Of a DNA stretch of 64,000 nt, positions 1 through 9,600 are shown piece by piece. The notes beneath the pieces were generated by a model that did not search any database, was not told the origin of the DNA, and saw only the letters and a program-made list of their open reading frames with translations. Position 1 is the stretch's first letter. Each line of letters starts with the position of its first letter. Position numbers and translations under genes: made by a program. This DNA is from an uncultured Actinomycetes bacterium (GTDB lineage Bacteria; Actinomycetota; Thermoleophilia; RBG-16-64-13): contig CAVVEI010000012.1 of the NCBI GenBank assembly GCA_963747275.1, forward strand, positions 19,066-83,065, given 5' to 3'.

Positions 1-735
1 GCCGGCGATGGGGCGTGACGGCGCCGTCATGCTGTTGCGCCGGCGGCCGCAGCCCACAGCCGTGTCGAAGGCGCAGCGCGCGGCGTAGCGGGACGGGCTT
101 GTCTTTGCTCTGCAGGAGTACGGCAGTGGCCAGGGGCTCGGAGAGCACGGCGTTCTGCACCTGGCCGGCCAGCAGGAGTTGCGAGGCCTCGGTGGGGTCG
201 GCGGCGTAGCGCAGCTGGAAGTCGGTGGCAGGATCCAGGCCTTCCTGGGCGGCCAGGTACTGGAACATCACGTCGGGCACGCTGCCCTGGAACGAGACCA
301 CCAGCGACTGGCCCTTGATGTCGGTGAAGCTGGCCGCGTCGGGGTCGCTGGTGATGAGATAGGTGATGTTCCACACCGAGATGTCGAGCAGACGGAGCTT
401 GATGCCCTTGTTGTAGAAGGTGGCGGCGTTGTTGCTGGGCACGGTGACGAAGTCGCCGTCGCCCCCGCCCAGGATGGCCTTGAGCTGGTCGGCGTTCTCC
501 CAGATGACCACCTCGGTGGAGGCGGCCACGTCGGCCAGCTTGTCGTTGGCCGCAAGGTAGGCCATGGGGATGGCCATGGGCCCCGGGGGCGCCACCAGGG
601 TGAGCTTGTCCAGCTTGACGGGGCGGTCGAGGTGGTCTCGGTGGACGATCCGCATCCGGCCACCGCGAGCAGGGAGGCGATCACGGCGACGAGCGCGCTC
701 ATAACGGCCAGGGTCTTGATCAGCTTGTTAGACAT
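1..735 (-). pseudogene. ABC-transporter substrate-binding lipoprotein (NMT1/TauA-like); C-terminus runs off window; frame broken as assembled
   Basis: ATG at 735 is preceded by GGAG. Lipoprotein signal MSNKLIKTLAVMSALVAVIASLLAVAGCGSS. The mature domain (VKLDKLTLVAPPGPMAIPMAYLAANDKL..FYNKGIKLRLLDISVWN..AGQVQNAVLSEPLAT) continues in another frame after the G-run at 620-623. The frame of the last ~100 nt is unclear. Confidence 0.6.
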
Positions 736-787
736 CGCTCCATATACCTTTCCTTGGGCGCCTCGGCGAACGCGCGTCGCGTGAACG

Positions 788-1036
788 TCAGCCGGAGAAG
801 TCCATGCGCTGCACGACAACGCCATCGATAGCCTTGAGTTCTTTGAAGAAGTCTTCGGTCTCGGCGCCAAAGGCGTCGACGATCAGCAGCCCGCTGGGCG
901 AGCAGCTGGTGCTGTCGGCATCGTGGAGTCCCAGACGGGTGCGGATGTTGCAGCCGTACTTGCTGAGAACCGCCTGCACTGCCGGCACGTTGTCCACTCG
1001 CTTGGTGATGTGTACGCCGAAGATGGTGTGCTGCAT
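788..1036 (-). CDS. small ACT/NikR-C-like protein, candidate TM1266-family iron-only-hydrogenase system regulator
   Basis: 82-aa ORF with SD GGAGGAGG just upstream of ATG 1036, divergent from rex. The pattern TIFGVHITKRVDNVPAVQAVLSKYGCNIRTRLGL..GLLIVDAFG recalls the TM1266 family that co-occurs with [FeFe]-hydrogenase genes. This recognition is from memory only. Confidence 0.5.
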   Translation of the reverse strand: MQHTIFGVHITKRVDNVPAVQAVLSKYGCNIRTRLGLHDADSTSCSPSGLLIVDAFGAETEDFFKELKAIDGVVVQRMDFSG

Positions 1037-1092
1037 GATGCCTCCTCCACTTCTGAAGCGCGTTTGCTCACCTATCTACCCGCCATTCTACA

Positions 1093-1154
1093 TTGACCTT
1101 GCTACCCCAAAGTAGTAGATTGTGAAACGCGTAACGGTGTTACATCTGTAACAA
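1093..1154 (+). promoter_or_regulatory. candidate sigma70-type promoter plus Rex-box-like operator upstream of rex
   Basis: TTGACC (1093-1098), 17 nt, TAGATT (1116-1121). This is followed directly by TGTGAAACGCG, a half match to the actinobacterial ROP consensus TGTGAACGCGTTCACA. Overlapping palindromes GTAAC-ggt-GTTAC and GTTACA-tc-TGTAAC lie at 1131-1152. Confidence 0.35.
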
Positions 1155-1203
1155 CTAGTTATCCACCTAACCATTTCGTCCGAAGGGACGCGTGCGAACC
1201 TAG

Positions 1204-2319
1204 GTGACCCCGGCAAGTAGACCGGCTGTCTCGCGCAAGACGGTAGGCAGGCTCAGCCTCTACCGTCGGCTCTTGGACGACCTCAGGGCCTCGGGCACCG
1301 CCAACATCTACTCCCATCAAGTCGCCCACCTCGCCGGAGTCAGCGCCGCCCAGGTGCGCCGGGACTTCATGGTCATAGGCTACTCGGGCAGTCCCAACCG
1401 CGGCTACGAGGTCGACACTTGCCTGGCCAGCATCGAGAGCCTTCTCGATGGCAGCATGCGCCAAGACGTGGCTCTGGTGGGTATGGGCCGCTTGGGCCAG
1501 TCACTGCTGGCGCACTTCGCGGGCAAGCGCCCACAGCTTCGCATCGCGGTGAGCTTCGACACCGACCCTCACTTGATAGGCACCTCGTTCGAGGGCTGCC
1601 CCGTGCACAGCGTGGCCGACATGGAGAGAGTGGTGGCCAAGAAGGGCATCCGCATAGCCATCATCGCCGTGCCTGCCCAGATGGGGCAAGAGGTGGCCGA
1701 CGGCTTGGTGCGGGCCGGCGTGCGCAGCATCGTCGACTTCACCGGTATCCCCCTGCGCGTGCCTGACGACGTGTGGGTGGACCACATGGACATCACCTCG
1801 GCCTTGGAGTCGGCCGCCTTCTTCGCCCGGCCGGAACAGACGTACGGCGACGCCGACGAGAACGGCAACGGCGAGAACGGTGACGAAGCCAACAGCGCAC
1901 CGGCCATGTATCCCATCATCCAGACCATCGACTCACTCCTGGCGGCGGCCAACATGAAACTGCAAGAACTTGCCCAGAAGATCGGCGCGGTGGTGCTCAC
2001 CACCGGCGATGCGGGCGAGCGCATGGTGACCAAGATCTACGCGGGCGACCGGGTGAGCGATCTGCTCAACGAGGCCTCCGACCAGACCCTGCTGGTCACC
2101 AACCTGGTGAACCTGCAGATGGTCCGCATGGCCGAGCTCATGGAGGTACCCGGCATCTGCTTCGTCGACGGCATAGATCCGGGCAGCGAAGTGATAGAGC
2201 TCGCCAACAAGAACGGCACCCTGCTGATGGTGTCACCACTGGGGGTCTTCGAGACCTGCGGCCTCATCTACCACCTGCTCGCCCGCGAGAGCCAAGAGGC
2301 CAAGGAACAGGGAGCGTAG
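1204..2319 (+). CDS. rex: redox-sensing repressor Rex fused to a C-terminal DRTGG-type domain
   Basis: N-terminal ~215 aa are Rex-like: RLSLYRRLL, SHQVAHLAGVSAAQVRRDF, Rossmann VALVGMGRLGQSL, IAIIAVPA. After an acidic Gly/Asn linker, the C-terminal ~110 aa (IYAGDRVSDLLNEASDQTLLVTNLVNLQMVRMA..GTLLMVSPLGVFETCGLIYHLL) are paralogous to the stand-alone DRTGG protein at 4017-4420. Confidence 0.85.
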   Translation: MTPASRPAVSRKTVGRLSLYRRLLDDLRASGTANIYSHQVAHLAGVSAAQVRRDFMVIGYSGSPNRGYEVDTCLASIESLLDGSMRQDVALVGMGRLGQSLLAHFAGKRPQLRIAVSFDTDPHLIGTSFEGCPVHSVADMERVVAKKGIRIAIIAVPAQMGQEVADGLVRAGVRSIVDFTGIPLRVPDDVWVDHMDITSALESAAFFARPEQTYGDADENGNGENGDEANSAPAMYPIIQTIDSLLAAANMKLQELAQKIGAVVLTTGDAGERMVTKIYAGDRVSDLLNEASDQTLLVTNLVNLQMVRMAELMEVPGICFVDGIDPGSEVIELANKNGTLLMVSPLGVFETCGLIYHLLARESQEAKEQGA

Positions 2320-2326
2320 GCGGCTC

Positions 2327-4017
2327 ATGGAGTTCGTGTCGTACGACATAGCCAGCATGGACTTCCGCCAAGGCGGGGCTGCTTCGCGCGCGCTCAAGGA
2401 GCGGCTGAAGCTCATCGGCGCCGACGCCGAGGCCATCCGCCGCACCATGATCGCCGCGTATGAGGCCGAGATGAACGTGGTCATACACTCGCTGGGTGGC
2501 CGCTGGAGGCCTCGCTCAGCGACTCGCAGGTAGATGTGGATGTGGTCGACTCGGGCCCCGGCATACCCGACATCGAGCGGGCCATGGTGCAGGGCTTCTC
2601 CACCGCGGGCGCCGAGGCACGCGCCTTGGGGTTCGGCGCGGGGATGGGCCTGCCCAACATCAAGAAGAACAGCGACCGGCTGCGCGTGACCTCCCGGATG
2701 GGTGAGGGCACCAGGTTGAGCTTCACCGTCTACCTGAAGCCCGGTGCGAGCGACGGGACACACCCCATCTCACTGTATGCCTCCGCCGACCGCTGCCGCG
2801 AATGCCGCGCCTGTTTGGCCGCGTGTCCCACCAAGGCCATGCGGGTGCGTGACGGCCGCCCCAGCGTTCTCGAGCACCTTTGCGTGGACTGCGCCGAGTG
2901 CATCGCCGCCTGTCCCTTCGAGGCCCTGGGCGTGCGCCAAGAAGTCGCGTCGCTGGATGAACTCACAGGCAAGAGCGACATGGTGCTCATGGTGCCCCCC
3001 GCGCTCCTCGCGGGGTGCGGCCCCGACTATCCGCCCGCAGCTGTCTGGGCTGCCCTTGAGGATCTGGGTTTCGCCCAAGTGGTCACCTCTGAGCCCTACG
3101 AACAAGCGTTGCGCGCGGCTACGACGGCCTTCGCGGGCCACCCCGGCGACGCCGACCCCGCGTCGAGGCGCACGCCCGCGATCTCGCCCTCCTGCCCGGC
3201 CGCGGTCGAGCTGATGCAGCTCCGCTTCCCCTCGCTGGTGCACTACCTGGCGCCGTTCGACTCACCCTGGGAAGCCGCAGCAGCAGCCCACGACGGCCGC
3301 TCTCTGGCCTGCGTCGTCTCCTGCCCCAGCCAGCGTTCGGCGCTGCTGGCGGCCCGCGCGGCTCTGCGGACGGCACAGCCCATGCGGAGGGCGCGCAGAT
3401 CCGCGACGAGTACCTGGCGCCTGAGGTGGTCCGCCAAGCCGTCATGGCCAAGCTGACACGAGCCGGCGCACGGGGCGCGGGCGCCCGACCCACCGACGGC
3501 GCCGGCGCCACCCGCAAGGCCGACGTGCCCCTTGTCGCGACCGACGCCGGCACGCTGGTGGTCACCGGCGCCGCGCACGTGCTCGCCGTGCTTGAAGAAG
3601 TCGAGGATGGGCTACTCACCGACGTCGATGTGATCGAACTCTATTTGTGTGAGGGCGGATGCTTCGGTTCGCCCCTGCTCTCCGAGGACCACCATGTGGC
3701 GGCGCGCCGCTGGGCCCAGGGCCGCGCCGCTCTCGAAGCCGCCGCGGAGTACCGGGCGGCCGCGCGGCGCCGCTGACGCGGCGCCGCGGCGCCGGCCGTA
3801 CGCCGCGCGGCCCGGCATCCGGCTCGATGCCGACATGGGCCGCGCCATCGAGAAGCTCGGCCGTCTGCAGGCCGTGGTCGACTCACTGCCCGGCAAGGAC
3901 TGCGGCGCCTGCGGGGCGCCCACCTGCGCCGCCTTGGCCGAGGACGTCGTCATGCAACGGGGCACCACCGGCCTGTGCCCGTATCTGAAGCCCGGCAAGA
4001 AGGAGGGTCGCGCCTGA
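2327..4017 (+). pseudogene. HATPase (anti-sigma-kinase-like) / 2x[4Fe-4S] ferredoxin / [FeFe]-hydrogenase H-domain-like / C-terminal FeS-domain protein; at least 3 frameshifts as assembled
   Basis: Homology runs through the ORF pieces 2327-2533, 2536-3456, 3426-3776 and 3649-4017. Motifs in order: AAYEAEMNVVIHSLGG|LEASLSDSQVDVDVVDSGPGIPDIE..GFGAGMGLPN; CRECRACLAACP and CVDCAECIAACP; ISPSCPAAVELMQLRFPSL; VVSCPSQ; ELYLCEGGCFGSP; LPGKDCGACGAPTCAALAEDV. Frame changes lie near 2506, 3340-3400 and 3700-3790. Confidence 0.7.
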
Positions 4018-4420
4018 TGAGACTTCGTGAACTGGCCAGCGTACTAGGACTCACAGAGTTGACGCCCGGCGGCACCGACTCCGGGCCTGCCGCGGCTCCC
4101 GGGCCGCTGCAGGCTCCGACGCCGCAGCGGCAGGTGACCCCGACATCACCAAAGCCTACGCCTCCGACCTGCTCTCCGACGTGCTGGCCAACGCGCCCGC
4201 CGGTGGAGTGCTGGTCACCCTGCAGGTGCACCTCAACGTCATCGCCGTCGCCGGCCATGCCGGGCTGGCCGCGGTCGTCTTCTCTTCGGGCCGCAAGCCC
4301 GAGGACGACGTCATCGCCAGGGCGGCCGAGGAGGGCCTGGCCCTCTTCGGCTCGCCGGCCGACACCTTCGACCTGGCGGGTCGCCTGTATGAGTTGGGCA
4401 TCAGGGGGAGCGGCGCTTGA
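4017..4420 (+). pseudogene. DRTGG domain protein (one frameshift as assembled)
   Basis: ATG 4017 overlaps the upstream TGA (TGATG), with SD AAGGAGGG. The N-terminus MRLRELASVLGLTELTPGG is in one frame. DITKAYASDLLSDVLANAPAGGVLVTLQVHLNVIAVAGHAGLAAVVFSSGRKPEDDVIARAAEEGLALFGSP..GRLYELG is in another. The switch is near 4075-4110. Confidence 0.75.
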
Positions 4421-4450
4421 CCGCACCGGCCGAACACGCCTGACCGCCCC

Positions 4451-5200
4451 CTGCGGTCGTACCGGGCCGATCTGCACATCCACACGGCCCTCTCGCCCTG
4501 CGCGTCAGACGAGATGACGCCGCCCGCCATCGTGGCGGCGGCGGCCAAGGCCGGCCTGGACGTCATAGCCATCTCTGACCACAACACAGCGGGCAACGTG
4601 GCCGCGGTGCAGGAGGCGGCCAAGGCCGCGGGCAACGGGCTGACCGTGCTGCCGGGCATGGAGATAACCAGCGCCGAAGAGGCCCACGTGCTCGGGGTGT
4701 TCCCCGACCTGCAGGCCGCCGAGGGCGCCGCGGCCGAGTTGCGTACCATGCTGCCCCGGGCCGATTCCGACTACTACGCCTTCTTCGGCGAGCAGCCGCT
4801 GCTGACGGCGGCGGGGTGCCAGGCGGGGGCCGAGACTGCCGCGCTGGCGGGTGCCTCGCCCTTGGACCTCACCTCCACCGTGGAGTTCATCCACCGGCTG
4901 GGCGGGCTGGCCATAGCCGCCCATGTGGACCGCAAAGCGTTCAGCGTCTACTCGCAGTTGGGCTTCTTCCCCCAAGAGGCCGGCTTCGACGGCGTGGAGG
5001 TCTCGCGCCACGTGTCCACAGACTCCCCGCGCCTGGAGGAGTACTCGGCCTTGGGGCTGCCGCTCATAGGCTGCTCCGACAGCCACTACCTGGAAGAGAT
5101 AGGCACGGCGACCACCGAGCTTCACCTCGCCGGGCCGGAGTTCTCTGAGCTGGCCCTGGCCCTTGCCGGAGCCGAGGGTAGGAGCGTGGCCCGTGCATGA
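4451..5200 (+). CDS. PHP-domain (polymerase/histidinol-phosphatase-like) metal-dependent phosphoesterase; start codon unresolved
   Basis: The motif YRADLHIHTALSPCASDEM lies upstream of the first ATG (4514). It is followed by GLDVIAISDHNT, GMEITSAEEAHVLG, AHVDR and GCSDSH. The frame opens right after the DRTGG stop (4418-4420) and has no ATG/GTG/TTG before 4514, only CTG at 4451. Confidence 0.75.
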   Translation: MRSYRADLHIHTALSPCASDEMTPPAIVAAAAKAGLDVIAISDHNTAGNVAAVQEAAKAAGNGLTVLPGMEITSAEEAHVLGVFPDLQAAEGAAAELRTMLPRADSDYYAFFGEQPLLTAAGCQAGAETAALAGASPLDLTSTVEFIHRLGGLAIAAHVDRKAFSVYSQLGFFPQEAGFDGVEVSRHVSTDSPRLEEYSALGLPLIGCSDSHYLEEIGTATTELHLAGPEFSELALALAGAEGRSVARA

Positions 5201-5681
5201 CCTATCTCTATATCTTCTCGAGTTGCTCGAGAACTCCATCCGCGCCGGCGCGCAGCAGGTGGAGATAGGCCTGCTCATGGACGAACAGGCCAACGAACTG
5301 CGCCTCACGGTGGATGACGACGGACAGGGCCTGAGCGCCTCACCTGATCGCGTCCTGGACCCCTTCTTCACCACCAAGGCCGACAAGAAGACCGGCTTGG
5401 GCCTCAGCCTGCTGAAGGCCGACGCCCAAGCGGCCGGGGGCGATCTGCTGATAGGTGCGTCGCCGACCCTGGGCGGCACCCGGGTCGAGACCCACATGGA
5501 CTTAGACCATGTCGATCGGATACCGGTCGGCGACATGGGCAGCACCATCACCGTGACCGCCTTCACCAACCCCGAGGTCCAGTTCGTGGTGGACCTCACC
5601 GGAGACCAGTTCTCCCCGCCGCTGCTGCGGGCCTCGCCCGCCGCCGCAGCCGAGAGGCTGGCTAAGGAGGCGGCGGCGTGA
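5193..5681 (+). CDS. histidine-kinase-like ATPase-only protein (HATPase_c)
   Basis: GTG 5193 overlaps the PHP stop (GTGCATGA), with GGAG upstream. Motifs: LLELLENSIRAGA (N-box), DDDGQGL (G1), FFTTK..GLGLSLL (G2). No HisKA or sensor domain is present. Confidence 0.75.
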   Translation: MHDLSLYLLELLENSIRAGAQQVEIGLLMDEQANELRLTVDDDGQGLSASPDRVLDPFFTTKADKKTGLGLSLLKADAQAAGGDLLIGASPTLGGTRVETHMDLDHVDRIPVGDMGSTITVTAFTNPEVQFVVDLTGDQFSPPLLRASPAAAAERLAKEAAA

Positions 5682-5734
5682 GCGAGGGTATACGTGGAGC
5701 GCCGGGTATGGAACCAACCGACAAGGAGTCGTGA

Positions 5735-6283
5735 ATGACCGCGGATAGTAAGGCAAAGAGCAGTACCTGCCAGGGCTGCGAGGAGGCCTCAGAGCAGGAA
5801 CTCCTTGCGCGCCTCGATGAAGTGCTCGAGCGCTACAAGGTGAGTCCCGGAGGACTCATCCCGGTCCTGCAACAGGCCCAGGGCATCTTCGGTTATCTGC
5901 CCGAGGTTGCCCTCAAGCGCATCGCCAAGGGTCTCTCTAAGTCGTACAGCGAGGTGGCCGGAGTGGTGAGCTTCTACTCCTTCTTCTCCACCGTACCTCG
6001 CGGCAAGCACATCATAAGAGTCTGCCTGGGTACCGCCTGCTACGTGCGCGGCGGCCTCGCGGTGCTGGACGCCGTTCGCGAGAAGCTGGGCATCGACGTG
6101 GGCGAGACCACCGAAGACCGGCAGTTCTCGCTCGAGGTGGCGCGCTGCTTCGGAGCCTGCGGTCTCGCTCCGGCTGTCTCTATAGACGAAGACGTCCACC
6201 GGCGCGTGCGCGCATCCCAGGTGGGACAGATACTTGCCCGCTACTACGAACAGGAAGAGGTGGCCCAGAATGTCGCCAGTTGA
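5735..6283 (+). CDS. hydC: NuoE-like [2Fe-2S] subunit of NAD(P)H-linked [FeFe]-hydrogenase (HydC/gamma type)
   Basis: SD AAGGAG. Motifs: LIPVLQQAQGIFGYLP, SFYSFF, IIRVCLGTACYVRG, ARCFGACGLAPAV. The four Cys match the 24-kDa-subunit fold. Confidence 0.85.
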   Translation: MTADSKAKSSTCQGCEEASEQELLARLDEVLERYKVSPGGLIPVLQQAQGIFGYLPEVALKRIAKGLSKSYSEVAGVVSFYSFFSTVPRGKHIIRVCLGTACYVRGGLAVLDAVREKLGIDVGETTEDRQFSLEVARCFGACGLAPAVSIDEDVHRRVRASQVGQILARYYEQEEVAQNVAS

Positions 6284-6674
6284 GGGGTCCGGTGCCGGCA
6301 AGATAAAGAGCCCTGCCGACCTGCTTGCCATAAAGGAGCGGACGCAGCGTGAGAACGCCCTGCGCGAGGACGGCTATCACGTCCTGGCCACCGTGCACAT
6401 GGGCACTTGCGGCATCGCAAGTGGTTCGCGCGAGGTCCTCTCGACCATGATCGCCGAACTCTCGGCCTCTGGACGCCTGGACGTGCGGGTCGCGACTTCG
6501 GGCTGCATAGGAGCCTGCGAGCACGAACCGGTGATGACGGTCGAGACTCTGGAGAAGGCCAAGGTGGTCTACGGCGACTTGGACGCCGAGAAGGCCAGAG
6601 AGATCTGGCGAGAGCACATCATGGACGGCAGACACGTGCCCAAGTACGTGGTCAGCTACGGAAGCGAGGCCTGA
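6270..6674 (+). CDS. thioredoxin-like [2Fe-2S] ferredoxin (HydD-like)
   Basis: ATG 6270 follows GAAGAGGTGG. Motifs VHMGTCGIASGS and SGCIGACEHEPVMTV are typical of the small ferredoxin found in Thermoanaerobacter-type hyd clusters. Confidence 0.75.
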   Translation: MSPVEGSGAGKIKSPADLLAIKERTQRENALREDGYHVLATVHMGTCGIASGSREVLSTMIAELSASGRLDVRVATSGCIGACEHEPVMTVETLEKAKVVYGDLDAEKAREIWREHIMDGRHVPKYVVSYGSEA

Positions 6675-6678
6675 GTCG

Positions 6679-9600
6679 ATGAGCGACAACGGCAAGACAC
6701 CCCACATGCACATAATGATGTGCTTCGGCACCGCCTGCCTCTCCTCAGGTGCCGAGCACGTCAAGGCCGCCCTCGAGGAACAGCTTCACCTCCAGGACGC
6801 GGACGCCGAGGTCGGCGTGATCGAGACAGGCTGTAACGGCTTCTGCGCCGGTGGCCCGCTCATGGTCATCTACCCCGGCGGCGTGTTCTACAACAAGGTC
6901 ACACCCGAGGACACTGCCGAGATCGTGGCCGAGCACGTGCTCAAAGGCCGTCCGGTGGAGAGGCTCATGTACGAGCACCCCACCACCAAGGCCCGCATAC
7001 CCCTGTTCAAAGACATCCCCTTCTTCGCCCGCCAGAACCTGCGCGTGCTGCGCAACAAGGGACGCATAGCGGCTGAAGAGATCGACGAGTACATAGCCAA
7101 CGACGGCTATGCCGGGCTGGCCAAGGCCCTCACCGAGATGACGCCCGAGGACATAGTCGAAGAGATCATGATGAGCGGCCTGCGCGGCCGCGGGGGCGCG
7201 GGCTTTCCCACCGGCCTCAAGTGGGAGTTCGCCTCCAAGGCCAAGGGCGACCAGAAGTACATACTCTGCAACGCCGACGAGGGCGACCCCGGGGCGTTCA
7301 TGGACCGCAGCATCCTGGAGAGCGACCCGCACGCGGTGCTCGAGGGCATGATGATCGGTGCGCGGGCCATCGGGGCCACCAAGGGCTACATCTACTGCCG
7401 GGCCGAGTATCCGCTGGCGCTGGAGCGCCTGGGCGTGGCCATCGCCGCCCTGCGTGAGTACGGCCTTCTCGGCAAGGGCATCCTGGGCACCGACTTCGAC
7501 TTCGACATCGAGATAGCCCAAGGCTCGGGCGCCTTCGTCTGCGGCGAGGAGACGGCGCTCATGACCTCCATCGAGGGCAAGCGCGGCGAGCCGCGCCCGC
7601 GGCCCCCGTTCCCGGCGCAGAAGGGTCTGTGGGGTCAGCCCTCGGTGCTCAACAACGTCGAGACGTTGGCCACCGTGCCCTCCATCATCAGGCTGGGGGC
7701 CGCATGGTTCCGCACCGCCGGCACTGAGAAGAGCCCTGGCACCAAGATCTTCGCCCTCTCGGGCAAGGTCAACAACGTCGGTCTGGTCGAAGTCGACATG
7801 GGTATCCCCCTGGGCGACATAATCTACGAAATAGCCGGGGGCATCCCGGGCGGCAAGCAGTTCAAGGCCGTGCAGTTGGGTGGTCCGTCTGGTGGCTCCA
7901 TTCCCCGTCAGCACTTGAACGTGCCGGTGGACTACGAGTCGGTGCAAGAGCTGGGCGCCATCATGGGCTCCGGCGGACTCATCGTCATGGACGAGGACAG
8001 CTGCATGGTCGACATGTCCCGCTTCTTCTTGGAGTTCACCCAAGAGGAGAGCTGCGGCAAGTGCGTGCCCTGCCGCGTGGGCACCAAGCGCATGCTCGAG
8101 ATCGTCACCCGCATCTGCAACGGCCAGGGCGAAGAGGGCGACATAGAGAAGCTCGAGGAGCTGGGCAAGGTGATCAAAGACACCGCCCTCTGCGGCCTCG
8201 GCCAGACCGCCCCCAACCCGGTGCTGGCCAACATCCGCTACTTCCGCAAGGAGTTCGAGGCAGCACATCCGCGACCATCGCTGCGAGGCGGGCGTCTGCT
8301 CGAGCATGTTCGTGGCCAAGTGCACCAACGCCTGCCCGGCGTCGGTGAACGTGCCCGGCTTCGTCAGCCTCATCGGCGAGAAGCGCTTCGACGAGGCCCT
8401 CCGCCTGCACCGCGAGCGCAACCCGCTGGCCAGCATCTGCGGCCGCGTCTGCTTCCATCCGTGCGAAAGCAAGTGCCAGCGCGGCACCATGGACGACCCG
8501 GTGGCTATCCGCGGTCTCAAGCGCTTCATGACCGAGCAGGAGAAGAAGCTGCAGGTTCCTGAGGTCCGCAAGAGCGCCGCAAACGCCGAGAAGAAGATCG
8601 CCATCATCGGCGGCGGTCCGGCCGGCCTCTCCTGCGCCTACTTCCTGGCGCGGCTGGGTTACGAGCCCACCATCTTCGAGCGCGAAGACCACGCCGGCGG
8701 CATGTTGGTGCAGGCCATCCCCTCGTACCGCCTGCCGCGCGAAGAGCTGGACCGCGAGATCAAGATGATCCAGGACCTGGGCGTGACCATAGAGACCGGC
8801 AAGGCTCTGGGCCGCGACTTCACCCTGGCCAGCCTCCGCAACCAGGGCTATCACGCCGCCTTCTTGGGCGTCGGCGCCCCCAAGGGCGTCGGCCTGGGAC
8901 TCTCCAAAGAAGAGGGCTCTGAGGCCGGCGAAGGCGTGGTCGATGCGCTCACCTTCTTGCGTGAGTACAACGTCAGCGGCAATCCCGCCGTGGGTCAAGA
9001 GGTCGCCGTGGTCGGCGGGGGCAACTCCGCTATCGACGCCGCCCGTACCGCCCTCCGCTTGGGCGCCAAGCACGTGAACATCATCTACCGCCGCCAGCGC
9101 GAGCAGATGCCCGCCTGGACCGAAGAGATACTGGCTGCCGACGAGGAGGGCATCACCCTGCTCACCCTGACGGCTCCCGAGACCATCAGACGCGACTCTT
9201 CCGGCAAGGTGGCCGGCATACTGTGTCAGAAGATGGTGCTGGGTGACTACGACTCGAGCGGCCGGCGCCGTCCGGTGCCGGGCCGCGACCCTCACTTCAT
9301 AGTGCCGTGCGACCAGGTGATAGCCGCCATCGGCCAGGCCCCCGAGCCGCGGATGCTCACCGGCGACCTACCCGTCGAGATGGATAACGGCTGGCTCAAG
9401 GCCGACGAGCGCACCGGCTCCACCAACCTGGACTGGGTGTTTGCCGGCGGCGACGCCGTCACCGGCCCGGCCTCGGTGGTCGAGGCCGTGGGCGCCGGCG
9501 AGCGCGCCGCGGTCTCCATTGACAAGTACCTCACCGGCGAAGAGCACGCCTTCTGGCGACGCGACCTCGCTGTGGACACCTTCTTCGACCCCGATGCCGA

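Noticed and set aside
1121-1136. Calling a bona fide Rex operator
   Set aside because: Only one half-site (TGTGAA + CGCG) matches the consensus, and the second half reads TAACGG rather than TTCACA. It is kept as a low-confidence regulatory candidate, not a confirmed site. No similar boxes were found upstream of the two hydrogenase operons.
3975-4517. 180-aa ORF overlapping the DRTGG gene (Pro/Ser/Thr-rich translation)
   Set aside because: Only its first ~25 residues (MRLRELASVLGLTELTPGG) are genuine DRTGG N-terminus. The rest is the wrong frame after the frameshift, and the conserved DRTGG core is in ORF 4181-4420.
6745-8607. 620-aa ORF on the minus strand, antisense to the NuoF-like gene. 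Similar long antisense ORFs occur at 18365-20224 (619 aa), 8174-9295, 11973-13019, 16111-17370, 4505-5599 and 50860-52833 (657 aa).
   Set aside because: These are shadow ORFs typical of GC-rich DNA. Their translations are Arg/Gly/Ala/His-rich with no motifs, while the opposite strand encodes unmistakable conserved domains.
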